Of a DNA stretch of 33,713 nt, positions 25,507 to 33,713 are shown piece by piece. Positions within the stretch are counted from its first letter, which is position 1; each line of letters opens with the position of its first letter. Where the stretch lies: positions 1 to 33,713 of IMG/VR virus record IMGVR_UViG_3300028588_000063; one strand, 5' to 3'. A program made the position numbers and the translations under genes. The stretch comes from a virus (Duplodnaviria; Caudoviricetes). Below the pieces are notes generated by a model. It was not told where the DNA came from. It made no database searches and was given only the letters and a program-made list of their open reading frames with translations.

Positions 25507-25692
25507 ATGCAGCGCGTCGCTCCAGACCGGGCCGCACTCGAAGTCGCCCACATGATGCTTCGAACGCCGGAACCGCTGGACGACATGCTCAACCACCCTG
25601 CCCTCAAATTGATTTTGGAGGCCGTCGCACGCCGGCATATGCAGCGCCGCGCGCGGATCGACGTGAAGAAGCTGCAGGCCAACGACAAATAA
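25507..25692 (+). CDS. Small hypothetical protein (61 aa)
   Basis: MQRVAPDRAALEVAHMML...IDVKKLQANDK; tight operon packing. Confidence 0.6.
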   Translation: MQRVAPDRAALEVAHMMLRTPEPLDDMLNHPALKLILEAVARRHMQRRARIDVKKLQANDK

Positions 25693-25694
25693 CT

Positions 25695-26555
25695 ATGGCA
25701 TACGCAAACATGATGGCCTCGCTGAAGGCCGCAGCCGAAGACAAGAACAACCCAGCAGTGTCGAAGACGACTCAGTTCGCAATCGACCCACGCGCGCTGG
25801 AGGTCGAGGAAGGTTTCAACGCTCGCCCGCTGAACGCGGACCACGTGGCCGAGATGTCGCTGGCCCTGCGCAACGGAGCGACCTTCCCGCCGTTGGACGT
25901 ACGCGTTGATGACAACCGCATCCTGATCGTTGACGGCCACCACCGTCATGCCGCCGCCCTCGACGCGATCGCCAAGGGCTTTGACATCAAGGCCCTCGAC
26001 TGCCGCCAGTTCCGCGGGAACGACGCCGACCGTGTCGCCCACATGCTCAACAGCGCGTCCGGCTTGGCGCTCACGCCGCTGCAGCTCGGCGTCCAGTACC
26101 GCAAGCTGCTCGGCTACGGCTGGAGTGAGAAGCAGATTGCCGACCGTCGCGGCAAGTCCGTTCAGCACGTCAAGGACATGGTCCTGCTGGGGGAGGCGGA
26201 CAGCGACGTGCACCAAGCGGTGAATGCCGGCCTGATCTCCGGCACCGCCGCGCTCAAGGTCGTCAAGGAACATGGCAGCAAGGCCGGCGCCATCATCCAG
26301 GAGGGACTGGAGGCGGCGCAGGCTGCGGGTAGGACGAAGGTCACTCCTAAGGCGCTGGCGCGCCGCACAAACGCCAAGGTGAGCGACAAGCAGATCGTCG
26401 ACTGGCTGATCCAGAACCTCAAGGTCGTTGCCGAATACGAGAGCGACAAAACCCGATTCTACGAACTCGACTTGGCCATCTCGAAGACGGTCGAGCACAC
26501 CACCGACCTGCGCGTCCTGCTCTCAGCAGCCGCTGGTCCTCAACAACCAGCCTGA
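25695..26555 (+). CDS. ParB/Srx-like N-terminal domain DNA-binding protein
   Basis: GFNAR, FPPLDV and IVDGHHRHAA motifs, followed by an HTH (GWSEKQIADRRGKSVQHV). Confidence 0.8.
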   Translation: MAYANMMASLKAAAEDKNNPAVSKTTQFAIDPRALEVEEGFNARPLNADHVAEMSLALRNGATFPPLDVRVDDNRILIVDGHHRHAAALDAIAKGFDIKALDCRQFRGNDADRVAHMLNSASGLALTPLQLGVQYRKLLGYGWSEKQIADRRGKSVQHVKDMVLLGEADSDVHQAVNAGLISGTAALKVVKEHGSKAGAIIQEGLEAAQAAGRTKVTPKALARRTNAKVSDKQIVDWLIQNLKVVAEYESDKTRFYELDLAISKTVEHTTDLRVLLSAAAGPQQPA

Positions 26556-26564
26556 AGGAAAAGC

Positions 26565-26768
26565 ATGAAGCAAACCAAGAACCCCATCACCGCCGGCACG
26601 CCTGTCAAGTTCGACAGTGAGACCGGGCCGCAAACCGGAACGGTGCAGGAGGTCAAGACCGATCTCACCAATGGCGCCAAGGTGGCCTTCGTCCGCGTGC
26701 CAGGCACGATGGACAACACGCCCTGGCAGATCCCGGTCAACGAGCTGTCGCACGCGGAGGCTGCTTAA
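26565..26768 (+). CDS. Small hypothetical protein
   Basis: 67 aa; AAGGA upstream. Confidence 0.65.
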   Translation: MKQTKNPITAGTPVKFDSETGPQTGTVQEVKTDLTNGAKVAFVRVPGTMDNTPWQIPVNELSHAEAA

Positions 26769-26769
26769 C

Positions 26770-27921
26770 ATGTGGTTCTCGAACCTGCAGGTCTATCGCC
26801 TGCCCGCTCGCTGGGCATTCAGCCCGGAACAGATGGAAGAAGCACTGCAATCGCAGGCCTTCACGCCCGCCACCAGCAATGAGCTGCTGCGCCAGGGCTG
26901 GGATTCGCCACGCGCCAACGGCAAGCTGGTCCACGTCGTCAACAAGCAAATGCTGTTGATGCTGGGTAGCGAGAAGAAGCTGCTGCCGAGCTCGGTCATC
27001 AACCAGGTCGCCAAGGCCAAGGCCGCCGAGCTGGAAGAACAGCAGGGCTTCCCGCCGGGTAAGAAGGCAATGAAAGACCTGAAGGAGCGCGTGGCCGATG
27101 AACTGCTGCCGCGCGCCTTCTCGATCCGCAGCAACGTCTGGGTCTGGATCGACCCGGTCAACGGCTGGCTGGTGGTAGATGCCGCCAGCCCGTCGACGGC
27201 GGACGACGTCATCAAGCTGCTGCTCAAGGCAGTCGACCGCATGCCGCTGGAATCGCTGCGCGTGCAGAAGTCCCCGGTCGCCATGATGACCAGCTGGCTT
27301 GAAGCCGATGAAGCCCCGCATGGTTTCACCATCGATCAGGACACCGAACTGCGCGCCACCGGTGAAAGCCGCGCCGCCGTGCGCTACCTGAAGCACACCC
27401 TGGAACCGGACGACATGCGCCGCCACATCGCCGCCGGCAAGCAATGTACCCGCCTGGCGATGACTTGGAACGACCGCATCAGCTTTGTGCTGAGCGAGTC
27501 GCTGGCAATTAAGGGGATCAAGCCGCTGGATGTGACCAAGGAAGGTGAAGCCGTCACGTACAGCGACGACGAGCGCTTCGATAACGATATCGCGCTGATG
27601 ACCGGGGAGCTGGCCAAGCTGCTGGCGGACATTGTGCGCGGCCTGGGAGGAGAAGCGCATGACCTGGTGAGCAAGGCCCAAGAGGATGCTGGCGGGCAGC
27701 CGCCACAGCGCATCGCCGACACGAGCGAGGATCCTGACGCGCTCTACGCCCAGGCCGTGCAGGTCGTTCTTCAAAATCAGCGTGCTTCGATATCGCTCGT
27801 CCAGCGTCACCTACGCGTCGGCTACAACCGTGCCGCTCGGCTCATCGAGGAGATGGAACTAGGTGGCGTGGTTTCCGCGATGCGCTCGAATGGCGACCGC
27901 GACATTCTGGCCGCCCTCTAG
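26770..27921 (+). CDS. rdgC: Recombination-associated protein RdgC with C-terminal FtsK-gamma domain
   Basis: MWFSNLQVYRL, EKKLLPSSVI, LLPRAFS and HIAAGKQCTRLAMTW are RdgC motifs. The tail DALYAQAVQVVLQNQRASISLVQRHLRVGYNRAARLIEEMELGGVVS is an FtsK-gamma winged helix. Confidence 0.92.
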   Translation: MWFSNLQVYRLPARWAFSPEQMEEALQSQAFTPATSNELLRQGWDSPRANGKLVHVVNKQMLLMLGSEKKLLPSSVINQVAKAKAAELEEQQGFPPGKKAMKDLKERVADELLPRAFSIRSNVWVWIDPVNGWLVVDAASPSTADDVIKLLLKAVDRMPLESLRVQKSPVAMMTSWLEADEAPHGFTIDQDTELRATGESRAAVRYLKHTLEPDDMRRHIAAGKQCTRLAMTWNDRISFVLSESLAIKGIKPLDVTKEGEAVTYSDDERFDNDIALMTGELAKLLADIVRGLGGEAHDLVSKAQEDAGGQPPQRIADTSEDPDALYAQAVQVVLQNQRASISLVQRHLRVGYNRAARLIEEMELGGVVSAMRSNGDRDILAAL

Positions 27922-27934
27922 CAGATCGTCCGCC

Positions 27935-28345
27935 ATGCCTCGATTCCATCACCGACCAACGTTCCAGCCCAAGGCCAACGTGCCAATGGCGACCGAAAGC
28001 CGCGACCGGTTGGCACTCGAGCTGCGCATGGCGGGCGAGTCACTGATCGCCCAGCCGACCATCGCCGCGTACAACACGCTCTCGAAGATCCTGGCGTCGC
28101 TCAACCGCGCCGGCATGCAGGACAGCCTGCTCGACCCTGGCACAAACCTCCTGAACGGAATCTGCGATCGCTTCGAGCAATCGGGAGCAATCACCGTGGA
28201 GTGCGAGGAGGCGGCGCAGCTGCGCCAGGCGCTCGCCAACATCGACGCCGGCCTGCACCGCGTTCCGCTGCAGCGCCTGGCGCTCGCAGTGGCCGAGGTT
28301 GAGGCTTTCTTCGCCGTGGTCGAACCATCCAACACCGACAAGTAG
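27935..28345 (+). CDS. Hypothetical phage protein
   Basis: Helical ORF filling the gap between rdgC and the methyltransferase; start uncertain. Confidence 0.65.
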   Translation: MPRFHHRPTFQPKANVPMATESRDRLALELRMAGESLIAQPTIAAYNTLSKILASLNRAGMQDSLLDPGTNLLNGICDRFEQSGAITVECEEAAQLRQALANIDAGLHRVPLQRLALAVAEVEAFFAVVEPSNTDK

Positions 28346-28348
28346 AAA

Positions 28349-30226
28349 ATGCCACGCGACGACTCTACCCTTCCACTCGGCTTCGGCCACGAGCGCATCG
28401 CCGACAACTTCGCCGGCGGCGGCGGTGCCAGCGAAGCGATCCGCATGGCCTTCGGCCGCGATCCGGATCTGGCCCTGAACCATGACGGCCCGGCACTCGC
28501 CATGCACGCGGCAAACCATCCAACCACGCGCCATTATCGCGAGGACGTCTTCCTGCTCGATATCCTGCGCGCGATCGGCGATGGCCCGCTCGGCGCGGCA
28601 TGGTTCTCGCCGACGTGCACGCACTTCTCAAAAGCCAAAGGCTTCAATATCCTCGACCAGAAGACACGCGGCCTTGCCTGGGTCGTGTGCAAGTGGGGAG
28701 TGACGCTGGCGCCGCGCCTCATGTTCCTCGAGAACGTCGAGGAGTTCGAGGGCTGGGGGCCGCTCGACGACGCCGGTCGCCCGATAAAGGCCCACAAGGG
28801 CCGCACCTTCATGGCATTTATCGCGGCGTTGACGACCGGCCTGGCGCCAGATCATCCGGACGTCCCGGAGATCCGCAAGGTCCTGGGCGACGACTTTCCG
28901 ATGCAACGCATCTTCGCTGGCCTGGGCTACAAGGTCGAGTGGCGCGTACTGCGTGCGTGCGACTACGGCGCCGGCACCATCCGCAAGCGCCTCTTCATGG
29001 TGATGCGCCGCGACCGGATAGCGATTCGCTGGCCAGCGCCGACCCACGGCGATCCAAAATCGCGCGAGGTCAAGTCGGGCAAGCTGCTGCCGTTCGTGAC
29101 GGCGGCCGACTGCATCGACTGGTCAATCCCCTGTCGGTCGATCTTCGAGCGCAAAAAGCCGCTGGCGGACGCCACGCTGCGCCGGGTCGGCCGTGGGTTC
29201 GAGCGCTACGTGAAGGATGCTGCGCGCCCGTTCATCGTCGGGGCCGGAGGTCCAGCGTATTCCGGGAAGCCTTCTTCGATCGATAAACCGCTGGGCACGC
29301 TGACGACCGAGAATCACCGCGCCGTAGTATCGGCTTCGCTGGTCCAGATGGGCTACGGTGAAGCACCAGGGCAGGCACCTCGTGCTTTGAATATCGAAGA
29401 GCCGCTGGGAACAATCGTCGCCGGCGGTGGCAAGCATGCGCTCGTCGCTGCCTCACTGGTCCAGTATTACAAGAGCGGCAGCCAGAACGTGCCGGCGGAC
29501 CGCCCGATGCCGACCATCGTGACGAAGGATCGCATCGGCGTGACCTGCGCCTACCTGGCGAAGCACTACAAGGGCGTGGTCGGCGCCAGCGTCGAACAGC
29601 CGCTGCCGACGGTAACCACGACGGATCATAGTTCTCTGATCACCGCGCACCTGGTCGGCATCGACAACAAGAGCAACGGCGATCGTGACACATGGGATGT
29701 CGCTAAGCCGCTGGGTACGATCGTAACCGAGAACCGCCACGCGGTCGTGACCAGCAATCTGGTCAAGCTGCGTGGCACCAGCACTGGGGCTGCCGTCGAC
29801 GGCCCGCTGGGGACCATCACCGCCAGTGGTCAGCATCATGCGGAGATGCGCACGACACTGGACCAGCCGGGCCAATGCGCCGCGCGACGCGAGCAGGTCC
29901 GCGCCTTCCTGCGCGAGTACTGCCCGAGCCTGAAGGATGCCGAGCACCCAGAACTGGTGATGATCAACGGCGAGCTGATGGAGGTCGTCGACATCGGTCT
30001 GCGCATGCTGGTGCCGCGCGAGCTGGCCAACGCCCAAGGCTTCCGCCGGGATTACATCCTTGATCCGTTCTACACATACATCAATAAGCGCGGCAAGGCC
30101 ATCACGAAGCGCCTGACCGGTAGCGACCAGGTGCGGATGATCGGCAACAGCGTTTCCCCTCTGCCGGCCGCTGCTCTGATCCGAGTGAACATTGAGCACG
30201 AACGACAGCTGGCGAGGGCGGCATGA
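28349..30226 (+). CDS. DNA (cytosine-5) methyltransferase, phage type
   Basis: Motif I DNFAGGGGAS, motif IV SPTCTHFSKAKG, motif VI LENVEEF, motif VIII TIRKRLF, LRMLVPRELANAQGF and motif X QVRMIGNSV. Confidence 0.93.
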   Translation: MPRDDSTLPLGFGHERIADNFAGGGGASEAIRMAFGRDPDLALNHDGPALAMHAANHPTTRHYREDVFLLDILRAIGDGPLGAAWFSPTCTHFSKAKGFNILDQKTRGLAWVVCKWGVTLAPRLMFLENVEEFEGWGPLDDAGRPIKAHKGRTFMAFIAALTTGLAPDHPDVPEIRKVLGDDFPMQRIFAGLGYKVEWRVLRACDYGAGTIRKRLFMVMRRDRIAIRWPAPTHGDPKSREVKSGKLLPFVTAADCIDWSIPCRSIFERKKPLADATLRRVGRGFERYVKDAARPFIVGAGGPAYSGKPSSIDKPLGTLTTENHRAVVSASLVQMGYGEAPGQAPRALNIEEPLGTIVAGGGKHALVAASLVQYYKSGSQNVPADRPMPTIVTKDRIGVTCAYLAKHYKGVVGASVEQPLPTVTTTDHSSLITAHLVGIDNKSNGDRDTWDVAKPLGTIVTENRHAVVTSNLVKLRGTSTGAAVDGPLGTITASGQHHAEMRTTLDQPGQCAARREQVRAFLREYCPSLKDAEHPELVMINGELMEVVDIGLRMLVPRELANAQGFRRDYILDPFYTYINKRGKAITKRLTGSDQVRMIGNSVSPLPAAALIRVNIEHERQLARAA

Positions 30227-30477
30227 CCGGGCCCATACCGAACAACCAGGACACGCCGCTCGACGCGGCCGCTTACCGGCATCAAATGCTGCTGCTGAGG
30301 TCCGCGCACTGCGCGCGCCCGGTCCTGCACCAGGGCCTGAACCGCTTCATCAACAGTCTGACGCTCTACCAAAACGGCGGGCGGGTGTCGATGACGGTCT
30401 ACCTGGCCGGCATCAACGAAAGCTTCGACAGCAGCGAAATTCAGATCAAACCAGCCAATCAGGAAGGAACCACATGA
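30223..30477 (+). CDS. Hypothetical protein
   Basis: 84 aa; ATGA coupling to the methyltransferase gene. Confidence 0.6.
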   Translation: MTGPIPNNQDTPLDAAAYRHQMLLLRSAHCARPVLHQGLNRFINSLTLYQNGGRVSMTVYLAGINESFDSSEIQIKPANQEGTT

Positions 30478-30725
30478 TCAAGACCGAAACGATGAGCGAC
30501 GTTATGCTGCGCGCCCTGCGCAACTTGATTGCGAACGACAGCTACGCCATGACGTTCCAGTCGATGGGGCAGTACCGCGCCGCCCTGCTGAACCACGTCG
30601 ACAACGTGGTCAGCACACCGAACCACAGCCCTGCTTTTCAACCGCAAGCGGAGGTCGTCACGCTCGACGCGCATCAGCAGGACGCCGCCCAAGTTGCAAC
30701 GCTTGCAAAGCCAGGGGATGTCTGA
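30474..30725 (+). CDS. Hypothetical protein
   Basis: AAGGA upstream and ATGA coupling at 30474; LRNLIANDSYAMTFQSMGQYRAALL motif. Confidence 0.65.
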   Translation: MIKTETMSDVMLRALRNLIANDSYAMTFQSMGQYRAALLNHVDNVVSTPNHSPAFQPQAEVVTLDAHQQDAAQVATLAKPGDV

Positions 30726-31288
30726 TGTTGAAATTGATTGCAAAGTTAATCGCGCGGCCGGCTGTCGCGAACTGGTTGATCCGCCGCGCACAGCGCACGC
30801 CTTACTTCCACATCGCATCCGAAGGTGGCGACGAAGTCTACATGTATCGCTGGTGGCTGTTTAACGCCTACCCGCACGGCAACGACGGCGCGGGCCGCCG
30901 CTATGGCGACTGGCTGCCGAGCTTTCGCATCCACCGCATCATGCGCGAGGACCGCGACCGGCACATGCACGACCATCCGTGGAACGCGCGGACGTTCATC
31001 TTGCGCGGCTGGTACAACGAAGAACGCCAGTTCGACCCGCCATGGATGTTCCATGATGATGCAAGGAACACTATCCACCGCAAAGCTGGCGACACCGCCC
31101 AGTTGCACTTCGGTGAGTTCCACCGCATCAAAGAAGTTAGCGAAGGCGGCGCATGGACGCTTTTCATCACCTGGAAGAAACGCGGCACCTGGGGGTTCCG
31201 GGTGAACGGCAGGAAGGTGCCGTGGCGCGATTACCTGGGGATCAACGATGCGCCTGCGTCCACCCAGCAGGAGAAGATTAATGGCTGA
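30725..31288 (+). CDS. Cupin-fold metal-binding protein (cysteine-dioxygenase-like phage family)
   Basis: DRHMHDHPW (HxH)...ILRGWYNEE...GEFHRI...WTLFIT pattern. Confidence 0.7.
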   Translation: MLKLIAKLIARPAVANWLIRRAQRTPYFHIASEGGDEVYMYRWWLFNAYPHGNDGAGRRYGDWLPSFRIHRIMREDRDRHMHDHPWNARTFILRGWYNEERQFDPPWMFHDDARNTIHRKAGDTAQLHFGEFHRIKEVSEGGAWTLFITWKKRGTWGFRVNGRKVPWRDYLGINDAPASTQQEKING

Positions 31289-31553
31289 CGAAAACGATTT
31301 GATCAACCGCTTGGCTGCAGCCGTTGCAGATCGCATCCGACCGCAGATCCCTTTCGATTACGAGATGTGGGACATCGCTACGATTGCGGCCTGCTTGAAG
31401 CTTAGCGAGGCCCAAGTGCGCGAGCGCCTGGCACCACAGCCAGACTTCCCGAAAGCTGTGCGGCTGCCAACGGCGAATGGCGGCAGGGGTCATGCTCGGT
31501 ACCGGGCAAAGGACGTCTGGGCATGGATGATGAGATACCAAGACAAAAACTAA
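31281..31553 (+). CDS. Excisionase / AlpA-like winged-helix protein
   Basis: WDIATIAACLKLS...PDFPKAVRL...ARYRAKDVWAW; last gene of the early operon, close to att; AGGAG upstream. Confidence 0.75.
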   Translation: MADENDLINRLAAAVADRIRPQIPFDYEMWDIATIAACLKLSEAQVRERLAPQPDFPKAVRLPTANGGRGHARYRAKDVWAWMMRYQDKN

Positions 31554-31691
31554 TTTCCTTGTAGCCACATAGCGCGCACGTTTGCGGACCTTAAGCTATT
31601 GAATTTGCAGAACTGTTTACTATCTAAGTTCACAGCGTACAAATTGCCACAAACTACCGCATAGACCACGCAAAGTCCTGTGAGCGTTTCT

Positions 31692-31719
31692 TTGCTGAGG
31701 GAAAATTTGATGCTAAACT
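31692..31719 (+). promoter_or_regulatory. Putative sigma70 promoter of the two-gene moron
   Basis: TTGCTG (31692), 16 bp, with extended -10 TGcTAAACT (31711-31719), 9 nt before ATG 31729. Confidence 0.5.
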
Positions 31720-31728
31720 TCACGAACT

Positions 31729-32016
31729 ATGCCAATCTTTCTTGCAGTTCCGCTAACAGAGTCGCCAGCAAATTTGAAGGCGTCGATCGAGCGTCACATT
31801 CCGAACGCAGATCATCTGCTGCTCCAAAATGGCCGCGGCTGGCTCATCCGCTTCGACGGAACGACGACAGAACTTACGAACAAGTTGGAGATCACAGGGC
31901 AGGCTCAGGGTGTGTCAACTCCGGTAGGGTCGACTCTTGTCACCCTAGTCTCGTCTTATTATGGTCGAGGCCCAACGGACATGTGGGAGTGGATGTCAAC
32001 GAGGATGCAATCGTGA
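31729..32016 (+). CDS. Hypothetical protein, moron gene 1 (95 aa)
   Basis: Compact alpha/beta sequence ending SSYYGRGPTDMWEWM; GTGA-coupled to the next gene; AT-richer than the phage core. Confidence 0.7.
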   Translation: MPIFLAVPLTESPANLKASIERHIPNADHLLLQNGRGWLIRFDGTTTELTNKLEITGQAQGVSTPVGSTLVTLVSSYYGRGPTDMWEWMSTRMQS

Positions 32017-32447
32017 GCGGAGCAAGACGACAGCAAGTCCAATCTCCGCGGCAGCAGGCACAACCTGTTCAACAGGATGTCTCGCCCGCGCCAGTCCAGA
32101 CAGTTCCTAGCATTGGCCAAGGTCATCCCGAGTACCACTTTGTGCAATCCATCATGGAGATGCAGAAGTCGCTTGGACAAATTAATGCTTCCATCGAATC
32201 ACTAACCAAAACTGTCGACAGCACCAAAAGCAAGGTTGAAGATTTGGTGAAATGGAAGAATATGATCTTCGGTGGCGCTATTGTAATTGGATTGTTTTGC
32301 AGCCTTGCAGGCTTCGCTGTCACTAAATTTTCCGGCTACGTGACCATCAAGGCTCCAGAAGACCAGGTTCAAACGTCAAAGCCTGCACCGCCCCCAGAGG
32401 AGCATAGTGAAGCACCGGCTCAGAAGACGAAAACTACAAGACAGTAA
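32013..32447 (+). CDS. Coiled-coil plus single-TM membrane protein, moron gene 2 (144 aa)
   Basis: GAGGA 7 nt before GTG 32013; heptads IMEMQKSLGQINASIESLTKTVDSTKSKVEDL, then hydrophobic MIFGGAIVIGLFCSLAGFAV. Confidence 0.72.
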   Translation: MSGARRQQVQSPRQQAQPVQQDVSPAPVQTVPSIGQGHPEYHFVQSIMEMQKSLGQINASIESLTKTVDSTKSKVEDLVKWKNMIFGGAIVIGLFCSLAGFAVTKFSGYVTIKAPEDQVQTSKPAPPPEEHSEAPAQKTKTTRQ

Positions 32448-32470
32448 AATGCCGCCTCCGGGCGGCTTGC
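32445..32470. terminator. Possible intrinsic terminator hairpin
   Basis: GCCGCC-TCCG-GGCGGC at 32451-32466, right after the moron stop; T-tail weak on plus, better on minus. Confidence 0.45.
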
Positions 32471-32556
32471 TACTGGGGCGGCTCCTGTAGTGGCAGTCAT
32501 GATGAAAATCCCTCGACAGCCTGCTATTAGTACACATAAATTACGCACTCCAACGA

Positions 32557-32569
32557 TAACCACATGATT
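32557..32569 (-). promoter_or_regulatory. IHF-like site next to the att core
   Basis: Minus strand AATCATGTGGTTA, one mismatch to WATCAANNNNTTR. Confidence 0.45.
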
Positions 32570-32582
32570 TTATTCATGATTG

Positions 32583-32602
32583 GATTCCGGCCGGAGGCAC
32601 CA
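32583..32602 (+). other. att core: duplicated tRNA 3' end (right prophage boundary)
   Basis: GATT-CCGGC-CGGAGGC-A-CCA reads as T-loop end, T-stem strand, acceptor strand, discriminator and CCA. No 5' tRNA half upstream; a host-type gene follows. Isotype not assignable. Confidence 0.8.
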
Positions 32603-32841
32603 CCCCCTAGCAACGATGTATCCCCGGCACAGGCGCCTAGCCTGGTGCTTGTCCTTCCAAGCTGTAAACCTTTCCGACATTCACGACGCATATCTTGGCG
32701 CTCGCCGAGGCAGGATTCCGCCCCGTGCACCCGCATGGATACTGGAAAGTTCCTCTTCAATCGTTTCGTGGCACGCCCAATGCGGCCCGCTCCGGCCACA
32801 TTCACCTGTCGGAAAGATTTACAGCCAGCACACCCGATCGC

Positions 32842-33606
32842 TCAGTTGCGCTGCGATGGCGGCAGCCGGCCAGGCTCCGCACCCTTGGGACTGCGCTCGA
32901 TCTTGCGCGAGGCGCCGTCGCGCGCCATGGCCGCGAACGCCGTATTCAAGCGCGCTACCAGCGCATCCGGCACCGCGCGATTGCAGGCCAGATAGACCCC
33001 GATCTCATTGAACACCAGCACCGGCACTACTTGCTGGTCGTAGCCGAAGCGCGCCAGCACGTCGCTGCCGCTGCGCATGCTGCCGGCCCACAGGTCGATG
33101 CGGCCGGCCATCAGCTTGTGCAGGTTGGCGAGATCGTTGGCGGTGGAATCGACGTTGAAGCCGCGGCTGCGCAGCCAGGCTTCGCGCGCGTCGCCGTTGT
33201 AGGTGCCGATGCGCAGGCCACGCGCGTCCTCGATGCTGCGCAGGCGCAGCTTGCGGTCGGCGCGTCCGAGCAGCACCCATTGCGCAGTGTCGATCGGGCC
33301 GACCCACTTGAAGAGTGCTTCGCGTTCCGGAATGCGGGTAGTGGAGTAAACGCAGGCGTCACGCCGGGTGAGTGCGGCGTGATAGGCGCGCTTCCAGGGC
33401 AGCACGTCGATGGTATGGGCGACGCCGGCGCGGCGCATGGCCTCACGGACCTTGTCGGTGGCGACGACATCCATGCGCTCGCTGTCTCGCGTGCTCGTCG
33501 GCGCCAACAGCTCGGTCGTGATGTAGAGGCGCGGTTCCGCTGCAGTGGCCGACCAGGCCGCTGCACCAAGCAACAAGAACGTGACGAAGAATCGGTTGCG
33601 AAACAT
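32842..33606 (-). CDS. Host periplasmic substrate-binding protein (polar amino-acid ABC type)
   Basis: Signal peptide MFRNRFFVTFLLLGAAAWSATAA; LPWKRAY, YSTTRIPEREALFKWVGP and LMAGRIDLW motifs. Confidence 0.85.
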   Translation of the reverse strand: MFRNRFFVTFLLLGAAAWSATAAEPRLYITTELLAPTSTRDSERMDVVATDKVREAMRRAGVAHTIDVLPWKRAYHAALTRRDACVYSTTRIPEREALFKWVGPIDTAQWVLLGRADRKLRLRSIEDARGLRIGTYNGDAREAWLRSRGFNVDSTANDLANLHKLMAGRIDLWAGSMRSGSDVLARFGYDQQVVPVLVFNEIGVYLACNRAVPDALVARLNTAFAAMARDGASRKIERSPKGAEPGRLPPSQRN

Positions 33607-33713
33607 GACTGGCCTGCCTTGCGACGCTGCGCGTCTGGTTACTGGACAGAATAGCAGCACAGTGTTTTTTTCCACAACGCATGTGAACGCCGGTGGTAGC
33701 CACGCCACAAAAA

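Larger units (their letters stand above)
1..32602. mobile_element. Lambda-like siphoviral prophage (left end outside the window)
   Basis: Contiguous head, tail, packaging, replication, immunity and excision modules, ending at a tRNA-derived att core. Confidence 0.95.

Noticed and set aside
25302-30372. Long minus-strand ORFs (25302..26498, 26737..27810, 29453..30199)
   Set aside because: They are shadows of the ParB-like, rdgC and methyltransferase genes.
31680-32012. N-terminal extension making a 255-aa version of moron gene 2
   Set aside because: It overlaps the better 31729..32016 ORF and the predicted promoter; GTG 32013 has an SD and stop/start coupling.
32520-32602. Complete tRNA gene
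   Set aside because: Only the last ~20 nt are tRNA-like; the upstream sequence cannot form the acceptor 5' strand, D arm or anticodon arm.
32695-33654. 319-aa plus-strand ORF
   Set aside because: It is an antisense shadow of the host substrate-binding protein gene.

Overview
Positions 1 to ~32602 are the right-hand part of a lambda-like, long-tailed temperate prophage. The host is a GC-rich bacterium; a Betaproteobacterium such as Massilia/Oxalobacteraceae is my inference from gene style. The minus strand carries one arm: cro, a CII-like regulator, a primase-helicase with an iteron origin, a gpZ-like gene, a cos-like site, terS/terL, a Mor-family activator, gpW, portal, an inserted five-gene LamG/fibre-like cassette, a protease-capsid fusion, neck and tail genes, a tail chaperone with a -1 frameshift, and a tape measure gene cut off by the window edge. 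The plus strand carries cI with two accessory genes, then an early operon (ParB-like, RdgC-FtsK-gamma, C5 methyltransferase, cupin, excisionase), a two-gene moron, and a tRNA 3'-end remnant marking an att site. One host solute-binding protein gene follows. The most striking signal is an identical 24-bp dyad placed at identical spacing (11 bp, -10 box, 7 bp, ATG) before gpW and before the capsid gene; one copy abuts the stop codon of the Mor-like gene. This suggests an activator-driven, leaderless late-gene switch in place of Q antitermination. Also notable: a cI-coupled protein ending in an SSB-tail-like motif, nested in-frame starts, and a self-contained moron where the integrase would be expected. 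All family assignments come from motif recognition; no database searches were run.
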